A DNA stretch of 64,000 nucleotides, taken from positions 14,196-78,195 of the forward strand of contig CAWHBT010000017.1 of NCBI GenBank assembly GCA_963827595.1. The letters are read 5' to 3'. The DNA is from an uncultured beta proteobacterium. GTDB taxonomy: Bacteria; Pseudomonadota; Gammaproteobacteria; Burkholderiales; SG8-39. How positions within the stretch are numbered: position 1 is the stretch's first letter; each line of letters begins with the position of its first letter. Positions 8,790 to 19,800 of the stretch are shown here, piece after piece. The notes below the pieces were generated by a model. It worked only from the letters and a program-made list of their open reading frames with translations. It was not told where the DNA came from and searched no databases. The position numbers were made by a program, and so were the translations under genes.

Positions 8790-10586
8790 CTAGCGCTTCT
8801 TCGGGATGTACAGGTCGGTGATCGAGCCGAGCGCCGCCTCGGCAGCGAAGAACGTCGTCTCGGAGAGCGTCGGGTGCGGATGGATGGTCAGCCCGATGTC
8901 CTCCATGTCGGCGCCCATCTCCAGCGCGAGCACGGTCTCGGCGATCAACTCGCCGGCGTTGATGCCGACCATCCCCGCGCCGAGGATCCGTTTCGTCGCG
9001 GGGTCGTAGAGGAGCTTGGTCAGGCCGTCGTCGCGGCCCATCCCGAGCGCCCGGGCGCTCGCCGCCCACGGGAAGCTCGCCTTCTCGTACGCGACGCCGC
9101 GCTGTTTCGCGTCGGCCTCGGTGAGCCCCATCCACGCCACCTCCGGATCGGTGTAGGCGACCGACGGGACCGTCAGCGCGTCGAACGCGACCTTGTGGCC
9201 GGCGATGACCTCGGCCGCGACCTTCGCCTCGTGCGTCGCCTTGTGCGCGAGCATCGGCTCGCCGCAGATGTCGCCGATCGCGAAAATGTGCGGCACGTTG
9301 GTGCGCTGCTGGCCGTCGACCGGCACGTAGCCGCGCTCGTTCACCACCACTCCCGCCTGCTCGGCGGCGATCTCGCGGCCGTTCGGCCGGCGTCCGACGG
9401 CGAGCAGCACCTGGTCGTAGGCTTGCGGCGCCGGCGCCTTCTCCCCGTCGAACGTCGCGAGCAGTCCGTCCTTCCTCGCCTCGAGCTTCGCGACCTTGGT
9501 CTTGAGGTGGATCGCCTCGTAGCGCTTCCGGATCCGCGTCTCGAGCGGTTTGACCAGGTCGCGGTCGGCGCCGGGGATCAGCCCGTCGAGCAGCTCGACG
9601 ACCGTGACCTTGGTGCCGAGCGCGTCGTAGACGCACGCCATCTCCAGGCCGATGATGCCGCCGCCGATCACCAGCATCCGCTTCGGCAGGGCCGGCAGCT
9701 CGAGCGCCCCGGTCGAGTCGACGAGGCGCGGGTCGTCGTAGGGGAAGCCCGGGATCCGCGCGACCGCGGACCCGGCGGCGATGATGCAATAGTCGAACGC
9801 GATGCGCTTCGGTCCGTCGGCGGTCTGCGCGAGCAGCGTCTTGGGCGATTCGAACTTCCCCACGCCCTGGACGATCGCGACCTTGCGCTGCTTGGCGAGG
9901 CCGGCGAGACCCTTCGTCAGCCGCCCCACGACCGCGGCTTTCCACGCGCGGAGCTTGTCCAGGTCGAACCGCGGTTTCCCGAAGTCGATGCCGAAGTGGC
10001 CCATCTCCTCCGCCTCGGTCACGACTTTGGCGGCGTGAAGAAGCGCCTTCGAAGGGATGCAGCCGACGTTCAGGCAGACCCCGCCCAGCGTCGGGTAGCG
10101 CTCGACGAGCACCGTCTGCTTCCCGAGGTCGGCGGCGCGGAACGCGGCGGTGTAGCCGCCCGGGCCGGAGCCGAGCACGACGACTTCGCACGTGATGTCG
10201 GGCGCTCCGCCCGGAACGGCGCCGCGGCCAGCGGGCGCGGGCGAAGCTGAGGGGGCCGCCGGGGCGGTTGCCGGCGTCCGCGCCTGCGCGGGAGCCGCCC
10301 CGTCCGCGGCAGCGCCGCGCTTCGCGTCGGCCGTCGACGCCGGCTCGGCCGCGTCGAGCAGCAGGATCGGCGAGCCCTCCGAGACCTTGTCGCCGATCTT
10401 CACGATCAGGCGGTTCACGATCCCGGCGGCGGGCGACGGGATCTCCATCGTCGCCTTGTCCGACTCGAGCGTGACGAGCGAGCTCTCCTTCTCGACGCGA
10501 TCGCCGGGCTTGACGAGGATCTCGATGACGTCGACGGCGTCGAAGTCGCCGATGTCGGGAACCTTCACCTCGACGGTGGCGCTCAT
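8790..10586 (-). CDS. lpdA: dihydrolipoyl dehydrogenase (E3) with N-terminal lipoyl domain
   Basis: N-terminal lipoyl domain (VTLESDKATMEIPSP), an Ala/Pro linker, FAD GxGxxG (VVLGSGPGGY), the redox-active GGVCLNVGCIPSK motif and a C-terminal dimerisation domain (HPHPTLSE). Confidence 0.9.
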   Translation of the reverse strand: MSATVEVKVPDIGDFDAVDVIEILVKPGDRVEKESSLVTLESDKATMEIPSPAAGIVNRLIVKIGDKVSEGSPILLLDAAEPASTADAKRGAAADGAAPAQARTPATAPAAPSASPAPAGRGAVPGGAPDITCEVVVLGSGPGGYTAAFRAADLGKQTVLVERYPTLGGVCLNVGCIPSKALLHAAKVVTEAEEMGHFGIDFGKPRFDLDKLRAWKAAVVGRLTKGLAGLAKQRKVAIVQGVGKFESPKTLLAQTADGPKRIAFDYCIIAAGSAVARIPGFPYDDPRLVDSTGALELPALPKRMLVIGGGIIGLEMACVYDALGTKVTVVELLDGLIPGADRDLVKPLETRIRKRYEAIHLKTKVAKLEARKDGLLATFDGEKAPAPQAYDQVLLAVGRRPNGREIAAEQAGVVVNERGYVPVDGQQRTNVPHIFAIGDICGEPMLAHKATHEAKVAAEVIAGHKVAFDALTVPSVAYTDPEVAWMGLTEADAKQRGVAYEKASFPWAASARALGMGRDDGLTKLLYDPATKRILGAGMVGINAGELIAETVLALEMGADMEDIGLTIHPHPTLSETTFFAAEAALGSITDLYIPKKR

Positions 10587-10653
10587 TGGGCTACCTTGTC
10601 GCTTCGCGCCAAGGATTCGCGCTTGGGACGGCCCGGCGCGCTCATGACGCTCC

Positions 10654-12018
10654 TTACAGCATCACCCGACGGAAGTCGGCGAGCAGCTGGGCGAGATAGG
10701 CGTTGAAGCGCGCCGCGGCGGCGCCGTCGATCACCCGGTGGTCGTAGGAGAGCGACAGCGGGAGGACGAGCCGCGGGACGAACGCTTTTCCGTCCCAGAC
10801 CGGCTTCGTGGCGGAGCGCGACACGCCGAGGATCGCGACCTCCGGCGCGTTGATGATCGGCGAGAACGACGTCCCGCCAATGCCGCCGAGGCTAGAGATC
10901 GAGAACGTGCCGCCCTGCATGTCGGCGGGCTTGAGCTTGCCCTCCCGGGCCTGCTTGGCGAGGTCGCCGGTCTCGCGCGCGATGTCGAGCACGCCCTTCC
11001 GGTCGGCCTCCTTGATGACCGGGACGACGAGCCCGTTCGGCGTGTCCGCGGCGAAGCCGATGTGGTAGTAGCGCTTGAGGACGAGGTTGTCCCCGTCGAG
11101 CGAGCTGTTGAGCTCAGGATGCTTCTTGAGCGCGGCGACGCACGCCTTGACCAGGAACGCGAGCATCGTGACGCGGATCCCGGCTTTCTCGTTCTCCTTG
11201 TTGAGCTGGACGCGAAGGGCCTCGAGCTCGGTGATGTCCGCCTCGTCGTTGTTGGTGACGTGGGGGATCATCACCCAGTTGCGGGCGAGGTTCGCGCCGG
11301 AGAGCTTCTTGATGCGCGACAGCGGCTGGACCTCGACCGGACCGAACTTCGCGAAGTCGACCTTCGGCCACGGCAGCAGGTTCAGGCCGGCCCCGGCGGC
11401 GCCCGGCTGGCTCGCGGGCGCGGGGCCATGGGCGATCACGCCTTTCACGAACGCCTGCACGTCGGCCGTCAGAATCCGGTTCTTCGGCCCACTGCCCTTC
11501 ACGCTGGCGAGGTCGACCCCGAGCTCGCGGGCGAACTTCCGCACCGACGGGCTCGCGTGCGGCTTGACGCCTCCGGGCTCCGCCGCTTCGACCGGGACGG
11601 GCGGGGTGCGGGCCGGGGCCGGTACGGCCGCTGGCGCCGTTGCCGGCGGCGGTGGCGCCGAGGGCCGAGCCGGCTCCGGCGCGGCGGGCGGGGCGGCCGC
11701 GCGTGCAGGTGCGGCGGGAGCTGTGGCAGCCGGGGCTGGAGCCGGCGGCTGCGCAGCGGCCTTCGCGGCCGCCGCCTCTGCTGCCTCGAGCATCAGGATC
11801 GGGGTGCCTTCCGACACCTTGTCGCCGAGCTTGACGCGCAGCTCCTTCACGACCCCGGCGGAGGGGGACGGGATCTCGATCGTCGCCTTGTCGGACTCGA
11901 GCGTGATCAGCGACTGCTCGGGCTGGACCGCGTCGCCCGGCTTCACGAGGATCTCGATGACGTCGACGTCCTTGAAGTCCCCGATGTCCGGGACCGACAC
12001 TTCCTTCATCGCACCCAT
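10654..12018 (-). CDS. aceF: dihydrolipoamide acetyltransferase (E2 of pyruvate dehydrogenase)
   Basis: Lipoyl domain (ITLESDKATIEIPSP), an Ala/Pro-rich linker, an E3-binding domain (ASPSVRKFARELGVDL) and a catalytic domain with SYDHRVIDGA. A GAGG lies 8 nt upstream of the first ATG. Confidence 0.9.
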   Translation of the reverse strand: MGAMKEVSVPDIGDFKDVDVIEILVKPGDAVQPEQSLITLESDKATIEIPSPSAGVVKELRVKLGDKVSEGTPILMLEAAEAAAAKAAAQPPAPAPAATAPAAPARAAAPPAAPEPARPSAPPPPATAPAAVPAPARTPPVPVEAAEPGGVKPHASPSVRKFARELGVDLASVKGSGPKNRILTADVQAFVKGVIAHGPAPASQPGAAGAGLNLLPWPKVDFAKFGPVEVQPLSRIKKLSGANLARNWVMIPHVTNNDEADITELEALRVQLNKENEKAGIRVTMLAFLVKACVAALKKHPELNSSLDGDNLVLKRYYHIGFAADTPNGLVVPVIKEADRKGVLDIARETGDLAKQAREGKLKPADMQGGTFSISSLGGIGGTSFSPIINAPEVAILGVSRSATKPVWDGKAFVPRLVLPLSLSYDHRVIDGAAAARFNAYLAQLLADFRRVML

Positions 12019-12071
12019 GGCTTATGCCTCTTCTGGTGATGGGTGATCGAAGCGGGCGGACGCGGCGGGAC

Positions 12072-14765
12072 CTACACCGTGGCCGGATTGGGCTTGGCTG
12101 GGTCGATGCCGTACTTCCTGATCGCCTCCGCCACGAGCGCCGGCTTGACCGCGCCGTCCTCGGCGAGCGCCTTCAGCGCGGCGATCGTCACCCAGTACCG
12201 ATTCACCTCGAAGAAATACCGCAGCTTCTCGCGCGTGTCCGAGCGCCCGAAGCCGTCGGTCCCGAGCACGCGAAAGCGCATCCCGCTCGGGATGAACGGG
12301 CGGATCTGGTCGGCGAAAGCCTTCATGTAATCGGTCGAGGCGATGACGGGCCCGCCGCGGCCCTCGAGCCGCGTCTCGACGTAGGACTTGCGCGGCGGCG
12401 CCGCCGGATGGAGCATGTTCCAGCGGTCGGCGTCGAGGCCTTCGCGCCGCAGCTCGGTGAAGCTGGGGCAGCTCCAGAGGTCGGCGCCGACGCCCCAGTC
12501 CTTCTCGAGCAGCTCCGCGGCGGCGATCACCTCGCGCAGGATCGTGCCGCTGCCCAGGAGCTGCACCTTGAGCTTGGGCTTCCCGCTCGCCTCCTTCAGC
12601 AGATACATCCCCTTCAGGATGCTTTCCTCGGGGCGCTTGTCGGCGACCTCGGCGAGACCCGGATGGGTGTAGTTCTCGTTCATCACGGTGATGTAGTAGA
12701 AGACGTCTTCCTGGTTGGTCACCATCCGCCGCAACCCGTCGTGGATGATGACCGCGAGCTCGAACGCGAACGTCGGGTCGTAGGACACGCAGTTCGGGAT
12801 CACCGACGAGAGGACGTGGCTGTGGCCGTCCTCGTGCTGCAGCCCCTCGCCGTTCAGCGTCGTGCGGCCCGCGGTCCCGCCGAGGAGGAACCCGCGCGCC
12901 CGCTGGTCGCCGGCCGCCCACGCGAGGTCGCCGACCCGCTGCAGGCCGAACATCGAGTAGTAGATGTAGAACGGCACCGTCACCAGGTTGGAGTGGCAGT
13001 ACGAGGTCGCGGCGGCGATCCACGACGAGAACGCGCCGGCCTCGGTGATGCCCTCCTCGAGGATCTGGCCGGCCTTGTCCTCGCGGTAGTACATCACCTG
13101 GTCCTTGTCCTGCGGCGTGTACTTCTGACCCTCGGACGAGTAGATGCCGAGCTGCCGGAACATGCCCTCCATGCCGAACGTGCGCGCCTCGTCCGGCACG
13201 ATCGGGACGACGTGCTTGCCGAGGTTCTTGTCGCGGACCAGCGCGGTGAGGATGCGCACGAACGCCATCGTCGTCGAGATCTCGCGGTCCTGCGCCTTGA
13301 GCACCGCCTCGAACGCGTCCAGGCCGGGCACCTGCGGCACGACGTCCGCCTGCCGGCGCCGCTGCGGCAGGTAGCCGCCCAGGGCTTTGCGCCGCTCGTG
13401 CAGGTACTTCATCTCCGGCGAGTCCGGCGGCGGCATGTAGAACGGCAGCTCCTCGAGTTGCGCGTCCGGGATCGGGATCTTGAACCGGTCGCGAAACTGC
13501 CTGATCGACTCGACGTCCATCTTCTTCTGCTGGTGCGCCGTCATGCGCCCCTCGGCGATGCGGCCGAGGCCGTAGCCCTTGATGGTCTTCGCGAGGATGA
13601 CGGTCGGCTGATCCTTGTGCTTGGTCGCGGCGGCGTAGGCGGCGTAGATCTTGTGCGGATCGTGGCCGCCGCGGTTCAGCCGCCAGATGTCGTCGTCGGT
13701 CATGCGCGACACCAGCTCCAGCAGCTTCGGATGCTTGCCGAAGAAGTGCTTGCGCACGAACGCGCCGTCGTTCGCCTTGTAGTTCTGGTACTCGCCGTCG
13801 ACGGCCTCGAGCATGACCTGCTTGAGGATGCCCTCGCTGTCGCGCGCGAGCAGCGGGTCCCAGTACGACCCCCAGGTCAGCTTGATCACGTTCCACCCGG
13901 CGCCGCGGAAGTCGCCTTCGAGCTCCTGGATGATCTTACCGTTGCCCCGCACCGGGCCGTCGAGCCGCTGCAGGTTGCAGTTGATGACGAAGATCAGGTT
14001 GTCGAGCCGCTCGCGCGCCGCGAGCCCGATCGCGCCGAGCGACTCGGGCTCGTCCATCTCGCCGTCGCCGCAAAACACCCACACCTTGCGGTTCGCGGTG
14101 TCCGCCAGCCCACGTGCGTGCAGATACTTGAGGAACCGCGCCATGTAGATGCCCTGGATCGGCCCGAGCCCCATCGACACCGTCGGGAACTGCCAGAAGT
14201 CGGGCATGAGCCACGGGTGCGGATAGGACGAGATCCCCTTGCCGTCGACCTCGCGCCGGAAGTTGCGGAGCTGTTCCTCCGTCAGCCGGCCCTCCTGGAA
14301 CGCGCGGGCATAGATGCCGGGCGCCGAATGGCCCTGGAAGTAGACGAGGTCGCCGCCGTGACCTTCGTGCGGCGCATTCCAGAAGTGATTGAAGCCGGCC
14401 CCGAACAGCGTGCCGACGGAGGCGAAGCTCGCGATGTGGCCGCCGAGGTCGCCGTCGCCCTTGTTGGCCTTCGCCACCATGACCATCGCGTTCCAGCGCA
14501 TGTAGGAGCGGTTCCGCTCCTCGAGCGCGGCGTCGCCCGGGGAGCGCTCCTCGAGGTGCGGCGGGATGGTGTTGATGTAGGCGGTGTTGGCGCTGTACGG
14601 GATGTACGCGCCCGACCGGCGGGCCTCGTCGATCAGCCGCTCGAGCAGGTAGTGCGCCCGCTCGGGCCCTTCCCGCTCGATGACCGCATCCAGGGCCTCG
14701 ATCCATTCCTGGGTCTCGAGGGTGTCGGGATCATTGGCGGCTTGGAAATCGGGAACGGCAGCCAT
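12072..14765 (-). CDS. aceE: pyruvate dehydrogenase E1 component (homodimeric type)
   Basis: About 897 aa starting [29 protein letters not shown] (internal Met of the 939-aa track ORF). Typical AceE sequence throughout, including the TPP-binding [10 protein letters not shown] motif. Confidence 0.92.
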   Translation of the reverse strand: MAAVPDFQAANDPDTLETQEWIEALDAVIEREGPERAHYLLERLIDEARRSGAYIPYSANTAYINTIPPHLEERSPGDAALEERNRSYMRWNAMVMVAKANKGDGDLGGHIASFASVGTLFGAGFNHFWNAPHEGHGGDLVYFQGHSAPGIYARAFQEGRLTEEQLRNFRREVDGKGISSYPHPWLMPDFWQFPTVSMGLGPIQGIYMARFLKYLHARGLADTANRKVWVFCGDGEMDEPESLGAIGLAARERLDNLIFVINCNLQRLDGPVRGNGKIIQELEGDFRGAGWNVIKLTWGSYWDPLLARDSEGILKQVMLEAVDGEYQNYKANDGAFVRKHFFGKHPKLLELVSRMTDDDIWRLNRGGHDPHKIYAAYAAATKHKDQPTVILAKTIKGYGLGRIAEGRMTAHQQKKMDVESIRQFRDRFKIPIPDAQLEELPFYMPPPDSPEMKYLHERRKALGGYLPQRRRQADVVPQVPGLDAFEAVLKAQDREISTTMAFVRILTALVRDKNLGKHVVPIVPDEARTFGMEGMFRQLGIYSSEGQKYTPQDKDQVMYYREDKAGQILEEGITEAGAFSSWIAAATSYCHSNLVTVPFYIYYSMFGLQRVGDLAWAAGDQRARGFLLGGTAGRTTLNGEGLQHEDGHSHVLSSVIPNCVSYDPTFAFELAVIIHDGLRRMVTNQEDVFYYITVMNENYTHPGLAEVADKRPEESILKGMYLLKEASGKPKLKVQLLGSGTILREVIAAAELLEKDWGVGADLWSCPSFTELRREGLDADRWNMLHPAAPPRKSYVETRLEGRGGPVIASTDYMKAFADQIRPFIPSGMRFRVLGTDGFGRSDTREKLRYFFEVNRYWVTIAALKALAEDGAVKPALVAEAIRKYGIDPAKPNPATV

Positions 14766-15006
14766 CGGGAAACCCTCCGGGGACCGGCGACGAAACGTGT
14801 TGTCGTTTTGCTCGGGAAGCTTAATCCACGGCTCGCAGGCGAGGCAATTTGCGGGCTTCACCGCGGCTGGCCTCTCTATCGCACTACGCAATACCGTTCC
14901 GGATTATACAATAGACCGTGGTGGCCGCCGAGCGGCCGGGGTGCCGACCGCCCCTGCTAGAATCTTTGCGCCTCACCCGTCCCCCCGTCCCAGGCAGCAG
15001 CTCCCC

Positions 15007-15909
15007 GTGGACACCCACGTCATCGACGGCACCGCTTTGTCCAGGCGTCTGCGGAGCGACCTCGCGGCCCGCGCGGCGACCCTCGGCGCCGGCGGGGTAC
15101 GCCCCGGGCTCGCCGCGATCGAGGTCGGGGAGCACCCCGCGTCCCGGGTCTACGTGCGGAACAAGCTCAAGGCGTGCGCGGAAGTCGGGCTCCGCTCGGA
15201 GCACGTCGCGCTGCCGGACGCCACCTCCGAACCCGAGCTCCTGGCGCGGATTCGCGCGCTGAACGACGACCCCCGCATCCACGGCATCCTCGTCCAGCTC
15301 CCGCTGCCGAAGCACATCTCCGGCGAGCGGGTGCTGTCGGCGGTCGCGCCCGGCAAGGACGTCGATGCGTTCCATCCCCTCAACGTCGGTCTCCTCGCCG
15401 CCGGACACGCGCGCTTCGTGCCATGCACCCCGGCGGCGGTGATGGCGATCCTCGAGGCCGAGGGCGTGAATCCCTGGGCGCAGCACGCGGTCATCGTCGG
15501 GGCGAGCAACATCGTCGGCAAGCCCACGGCGGCGCTGCTCTTGCAGCGGGGGGCCACCGTCACCCTCTGCAACTCAAAGACGAAAGACCTCGCTGACCAC
15601 ACGGGGCGCGCGGACATTCTGGTCGTCGCCGTCGGCAAGCCGCGGCTGGTCACGGGAGCAATGGTCAAGCGCGGCGCCGTCGTGATCGACGTCGGCATCA
15701 ACCGTCTCCCCGACGGCAAGCTCGTCGGCGACTGTGATTTCGCGAGCCTCGTCGGCGTCGCGGCGCGCGCGACCCCGGTCCCGGGCGGGGTCGGCCCCAT
15801 GACGATCACGATGCTGCTCGCGAACACGATCCGCGCCGCGGAGCTGGCGAGCCCGGAGCGGCGGCCGGAACAAGGGGCCGACGTCCCCTTGCAGGTGCGC
15901 CGAGGTTGA
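15007..15909 (+). CDS. folD: bifunctional methylenetetrahydrofolate dehydrogenase/cyclohydrolase
   Basis: GTG start, in frame inside a longer track ORF. Motifs [31 protein letters not shown] and [14 protein letters not shown] are present. Confidence 0.9.
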   Translation: MDTHVIDGTALSRRLRSDLAARAATLGAGGVRPGLAAIEVGEHPASRVYVRNKLKACAEVGLRSEHVALPDATSEPELLARIRALNDDPRIHGILVQLPLPKHISGERVLSAVAPGKDVDAFHPLNVGLLAAGHARFVPCTPAAVMAILEAEGVNPWAQHAVIVGASNIVGKPTAALLLQRGATVTLCNSKTKDLADHTGRADILVVAVGKPRLVTGAMVKRGAVVIDVGINRLPDGKLVGDCDFASLVGVAARATPVPGGVGPMTITMLLANTIRAAELASPERRPEQGADVPLQVRRG

Positions 15910-15925
15910 GCTTTCCGAGGCTGCC

Positions 15926-16483
15926 ATGACGACCGCGCTGCTGCTCGTCGACATCCAGAACGACTATTTCCCGGGGGGCGCGATGGCGCTCGAGCGGATG
16001 GACGCCGCCGCCGCCAACGCCGCGCGACTGCTCGCGGCGTTCCGGGAGCGCGGGCTGGCCACCTTCCACGTGCGCCACCTCTCGGTTCGCTCCGGTGCGA
16101 CGTTCTTCGTTCCCGGGACCCCGGGCGCCGAGATTCACCCTTCGGTCGCGCCGCGGGCGGGCGAGCCGCTAGTCGAGAAGAACTTCCCCAACAGCTTCCG
16201 CGGCACCGATCTCGAGCAGCGGCTGCGCGGGGCGAGCGTCGACGGCCTGGTGATCGCGGGCGCGATGAGCCACATGTGCATCGACGCCACGACCCGCGCC
16301 GCGTTCGATCAGGGCTTCAAGTGCACGGTCGCCGAGGACGCGTGCGCAACGCGCGCGCTCGAGTTCGGCGGCCGCTCGCTGCCGGCAAGCGACGTTCACG
16401 CCGCGTTCATGGCGGCGCTCGCCGCACCCTACGCCAAGATCACGTCGACCGACGCGTGCCTCGCGTCGCTCGCGGCGGGCTGA
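15926..16483 (+). CDS. isochorismatase-family cysteine hydrolase
   Basis: MTTALLLVDIQNDYFPGG..., a catalytic-type D/K/C arrangement (VIAGAMSHMCIDATTR), 185 aa. Confidence 0.8.
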   Translation: MTTALLLVDIQNDYFPGGAMALERMDAAAANAARLLAAFRERGLATFHVRHLSVRSGATFFVPGTPGAEIHPSVAPRAGEPLVEKNFPNSFRGTDLEQRLRGASVDGLVIAGAMSHMCIDATTRAAFDQGFKCTVAEDACATRALEFGGRSLPASDVHAAFMAALAAPYAKITSTDACLASLAAG

Positions 16484-16520
16484 ACACAACAGGGAGTCCG
16501 CAACCTTGGAGACTCCGGTC

Positions 16521-18716
16521 ATGCTGAGGACCGAATCCCCCCCGGCCGCGGATGCGGCCATCCCCCTGGACCGGGGGGAAGGCGAGCAATCGCCCAACCC
16601 GCTGCTCGACTTCTCGGACCTGCCGCGGTTCGCGGCCGTCGGGCCGGAGCACATCGCTCCGGCCGTCGACCGGCTGCTCGCCGAGAACCGCGCGCTCATC
16701 GCGCGACTCACCGCGGGCGACGCGCCGCCCACGTGGTCCGGCGTCGTGCAGCCGCTCGAGGACGCGAACGAGCGCCTCAGCCGGGCGTGGGGCATCGTCG
16801 CGCACCTGCACGGGGTGCTCGATTCGCCGGCGCTCCGCGAGGCGTACAAGGCCAACCAGCCGAAGATCGTCCAGTACTGGACCGAGCTCGGCCAGAACCT
16901 GGCGCTGTTCGAGAAATACAAGGCGCTCCAGGCCGCGCCGGAGCACGCGCGCCTCGGCCGCGCGCAGCAGAAAGTCATCGCGAACGAGCTGCGCGACTTC
17001 CGGCTCTCGGGTGCGGAGCTCGAGCCCGAGCCGAAGCGCCGCTTCGCCGCGATCCAGGAGGAGCTCGCGAAGGTCGCGACCAAGTTCTCCGAGAACCTGC
17101 TCGACGCGACCAACGCCTATGCCGTCCACGTGGAGGATCGCGCGGCGCTCGCGGGCATCCCCGAGGACGTGCTCGAGACGGCGCGCGCCGCCGCGGAGAA
17201 GGACGGCCGGCGCGGCTGGAAGCTCCTGCTGCACGCGCCGTGCTTCGTCCCGGTGATGCAGTACGCCGAGCACCGGGCCTTGCGCGAGACGGTGTACCGC
17301 GGTTTCGTCACGCGCGCGTCCGAGGAGTTCGCGGCGGCGTTCGCGGCCAAGGCCGCGTTCGAGACCGAGGTCGGCAGCCGGCCCGCGCCGGAACCGCCGT
17401 CGGCCGGCGAGCTCGCGGCCTGGGACAACACGCCGCTGATCGCACGGATCCTCGTGCTGCGACGCGAGGCGGCCGAGCTGCTCGGCTACGCGAGCCCGGC
17501 GCAGGTCTCGCTGGTGCCGAAGATGGCGCAGTCGCCGCGCCAGGTGCTCGAGTTCCTGAACGACCTCGCGGCCAGGGCGCTCCCCTACGCGAAGCGCGAC
17601 TGGGCGGAGCTCACGGCGTTCGCCGCCGGCGAGCTCGGCCTGCCAGCGATCGCGGCCTGGGACGTGGCCTTCGCGTCGGAGAAGCTGCGGCAGGCGCGCT
17701 ACGCGTTCTCCGACCAGGAGGTGAAGCAGTACTTTCCCGAGCCGAAGGTGCTCGCCGGCATGTTCCGCGTCGTCGAGACGCTCTACGGCCTGCGCATCGC
17801 CGAGGACCGCGCCGAGACCTGGGATCCATCGGTACGCTTCTTCCGCATCACCGACGCCGGTGGCGAGCCCATCGGGCGCTTCTACCTCGATCCCTACGCG
17901 CGCGACACGAAGCGCGGCGGAGCGTGGATGGACGAGGCGATCACGCGTCGCCGCGCCGGGGAGCGCGTGCAGGCGCCGGTCGCCTACCTGGTGTGCAATT
18001 TCTCGGCGCCGGTCGGCGGGAAGCCCGCGCTCCTGACCCACGACGACGTGCTGACGCTGTTCCACGAGTTCGGCCACGGGCTGCACCACCTGCTCACGCA
18101 GATCGACTACGTCGGCGTGTCCGGCATCCACGGCGTCGAGTGGGATGCCGTCGAGCTGCCGAGCCAGTTCATGGAGAACTTCTGCTGGGAGTGGGACGTG
18201 CTCGCCCACATGAGCGCGCACGTCGACTCAGGCGCGCCGCTGCCGCGGTCGCTCTACGACAAGATGATCGCGGCGAAGAACTTCCAGTCGGGCATGCAGA
18301 CCGTGCGCCAGCTCGAGTACGCGCTGTTCGACATGCGACTGCACGACGACTTCGACGCGGGCGGCGGGCGCTCGCCGCTCGCGCTGCTCGACGAGGTCCG
18401 CGCGCAGGTCGCGGTGTCGTTCCCGCCCGCGTACAACCGCTTCCCCAACACGTTCTCGCACATCTTCGCCGGCGGGTACGGGGCCGGCTACTACAGCTAC
18501 AAGTGGGCGGAGGTGCTGTCCGCCGACGCCTACAGCCTGTTCGAAGAGAACGGCGTGCTCGACCCGGCGACCGGCGCCAGGTTCCGAGCCGAAGTCCTCG
18601 CCGTCGGCGGCAGCCGGCCGGCGATCGAGTCGTTCACGGCGTTCCGCGGCCGCGCGCCGACCGTGGACGCACTACTTCGTCACGGCGGCATGACCGGCGA
18701 AGTCGCGGCCGCCTGA
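16521..18716 (+). CDS. prlC: oligopeptidase A (M3 family metallopeptidase)
   Basis: HEFGHGLHH zinc motif and an M3A-like sequence along the full length. The start is uncertain (TTG at 16506 or ATG at 16521). Confidence 0.88.
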   Translation: MLRTESPPAADAAIPLDRGEGEQSPNPLLDFSDLPRFAAVGPEHIAPAVDRLLAENRALIARLTAGDAPPTWSGVVQPLEDANERLSRAWGIVAHLHGVLDSPALREAYKANQPKIVQYWTELGQNLALFEKYKALQAAPEHARLGRAQQKVIANELRDFRLSGAELEPEPKRRFAAIQEELAKVATKFSENLLDATNAYAVHVEDRAALAGIPEDVLETARAAAEKDGRRGWKLLLHAPCFVPVMQYAEHRALRETVYRGFVTRASEEFAAAFAAKAAFETEVGSRPAPEPPSAGELAAWDNTPLIARILVLRREAAELLGYASPAQVSLVPKMAQSPRQVLEFLNDLAARALPYAKRDWAELTAFAAGELGLPAIAAWDVAFASEKLRQARYAFSDQEVKQYFPEPKVLAGMFRVVETLYGLRIAEDRAETWDPSVRFFRITDAGGEPIGRFYLDPYARDTKRGGAWMDEAITRRRAGERVQAPVAYLVCNFSAPVGGKPALLTHDDVLTLFHEFGHGLHHLLTQIDYVGVSGIHGVEWDAVELPSQFMENFCWEWDVLAHMSAHVDSGAPLPRSLYDKMIAAKNFQSGMQTVRQLEYALFDMRLHDDFDAGGGRSPLALLDEVRAQVAVSFPPAYNRFPNTFSHIFAGGYGAGYYSYKWAEVLSADAYSLFEENGVLDPATGARFRAEVLAVGGSRPAIESFTAFRGRAPTVDALLRHGGMTGEVAAA

Positions 18717-18822
18717 GGCGGGCGTGCACTATGTCGCACCGTGCCGCAGCGGCGCCGGGGCGCCGGCAGCGCGGTGTTATCATGCTCTCGTCATGTCCGC
18801 CGCGACGCCGAGGGGAATCGCC

Positions 18823-19392
18823 ATGTCGAAACCGCTGCTCGCCGCGCTCGGACTCGTCGTCGGTTGCTTGGTCGCGGCCGTTGCGTCCGCCCAGATGTAC
18901 CGCTGGGTCGACAAGGACGGCAAGGTCCACTACAGCGACACGCCGCCGCCATCCTCGGCGGGCAAGAGCGCGCAGCTGCGCTCGGGCGGCAACGTCACCG
19001 ACACCGGCACGCTGCCGTACGCCCTGCAGCAGGCGGTCAAGAATTTTCCGGTCACGATCTACACCGCCGACAACTGCAAGGAGGCCTGCGCCGACGGCCG
19101 GAAGCTGCTGCAGAGCCGCGGCGTCCCGTTCCGCGAGGTCGCGATCGCCGACGAGAAAAGCCGGGAGGAGCTGAAGAAGGTGTCCGGCGGCGATGAGGTG
19201 CCGGTGATGACCGTCGGCAAGAGCGTCACGAAGGGATTCGGCGCCGACGCGTGGCATCTCGCTCTCGACGCCGCTGGCTATCCGCGCTCGGGCCCGCCGC
19301 TGGCCGCTGAGACGCAGAAAGCGGCCGCGGCCGCGAAGACCCAGCCGGCAGACGGCGACCAGCCGAAGCTCGGCCCCTACGCGCCGCGGTAA
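18823..19392 (+). CDS. DUF4124 / glutaredoxin-like fusion protein (exported)
   Basis: Signal peptide MSKPLLAALGLVVGCLVAAVASAQ, the DUF4124 signature MYRWVDKDGKVHYSDTPP, then a glutaredoxin-like fold (VTIYTADNCKEACADGRKLLQSRGVPFREVAI). The internal ATG at 18823 was chosen. Confidence 0.7.
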   Translation: MSKPLLAALGLVVGCLVAAVASAQMYRWVDKDGKVHYSDTPPPSSAGKSAQLRSGGNVTDTGTLPYALQQAVKNFPVTIYTADNCKEACADGRKLLQSRGVPFREVAIADEKSREELKKVSGGDEVPVMTVGKSVTKGFGADAWHLALDAAGYPRSGPPLAAETQKAAAAAKTQPADGDQPKLGPYAPR

Positions 19393-19800
19393 TCCGCGGC
19401 AAGGCCGTCCAGGTCCGTCTCCCCGACGACCCCTGCGAGGCGCTCTCCGGGAACAGTCCGCGCCCGCGACTCCCGCCGGACCTACCCTACGGGTCCCGCC
19501 CCCAACGCTCAAGCTTCCGGATCGCCTGCCAGCACTCACAAGCCAGCCCGGTGCGCCCTTGATCCAGCGCCCTGTTCATCCGCCGGCGCTCGAGCTTGAT
19601 GAGCCACTCGCGGATTAGGTCGGCGAAGCGCTGTATCACTCGCACGCCTTCACGACCTCGACGCTGGCCTTGGTGAGCCGCCTGCGCCGATCAGGCCCGC
19701 CCCTGCATTCGCCGCGAGCTTCGAGGACCACGGACCCTCCCGCCTTCGAGTGCTCTTCAAGACGAGGTTCAATTGCATGACCACGATAGGTCTAAGCATC

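Noticed and set aside
10200-11790. Repetitive Ala/Pro-coding GC-rich stretches (also at 30720-30780 and 54660-54960); considered as tandem repeats or a CRISPR-like array
   Set aside because: They are in-frame low-complexity linkers of lpdA/aceF, the DUF4124 protein and TolC. No regular repeat-spacer periodicity is present.
12024-14960. 978-aa ORF on the plus strand
   Set aside because: It is entirely antisense to aceE, which has an unmistakable E1 sequence. Its Arg/Asp/Val/Leu-rich composition is typical of antisense frames in high-GC DNA.
18726-18750. GTGCACTATGTCGCACCGTGC upstream of the DUF4124/glutaredoxin gene; resembles the NtrC half-site TGCAC seen at glnA
   Set aside because: It lacks the inverted GGTGCA half at the right spacing, and no sigma-54 -24/-12 element is nearby.
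19487-19645. 52-codon minus-strand ORF (VRVIQRFADLIREWLIKLERRRMNRALDQGRTGLACECWQAIRKLERWGRDP) just downstream of the tRNA-like element; considered as an integrase or regulator remnant
   Set aside because: I see no recognisable integrase or other family motif. A short ORF alone is not evidence.
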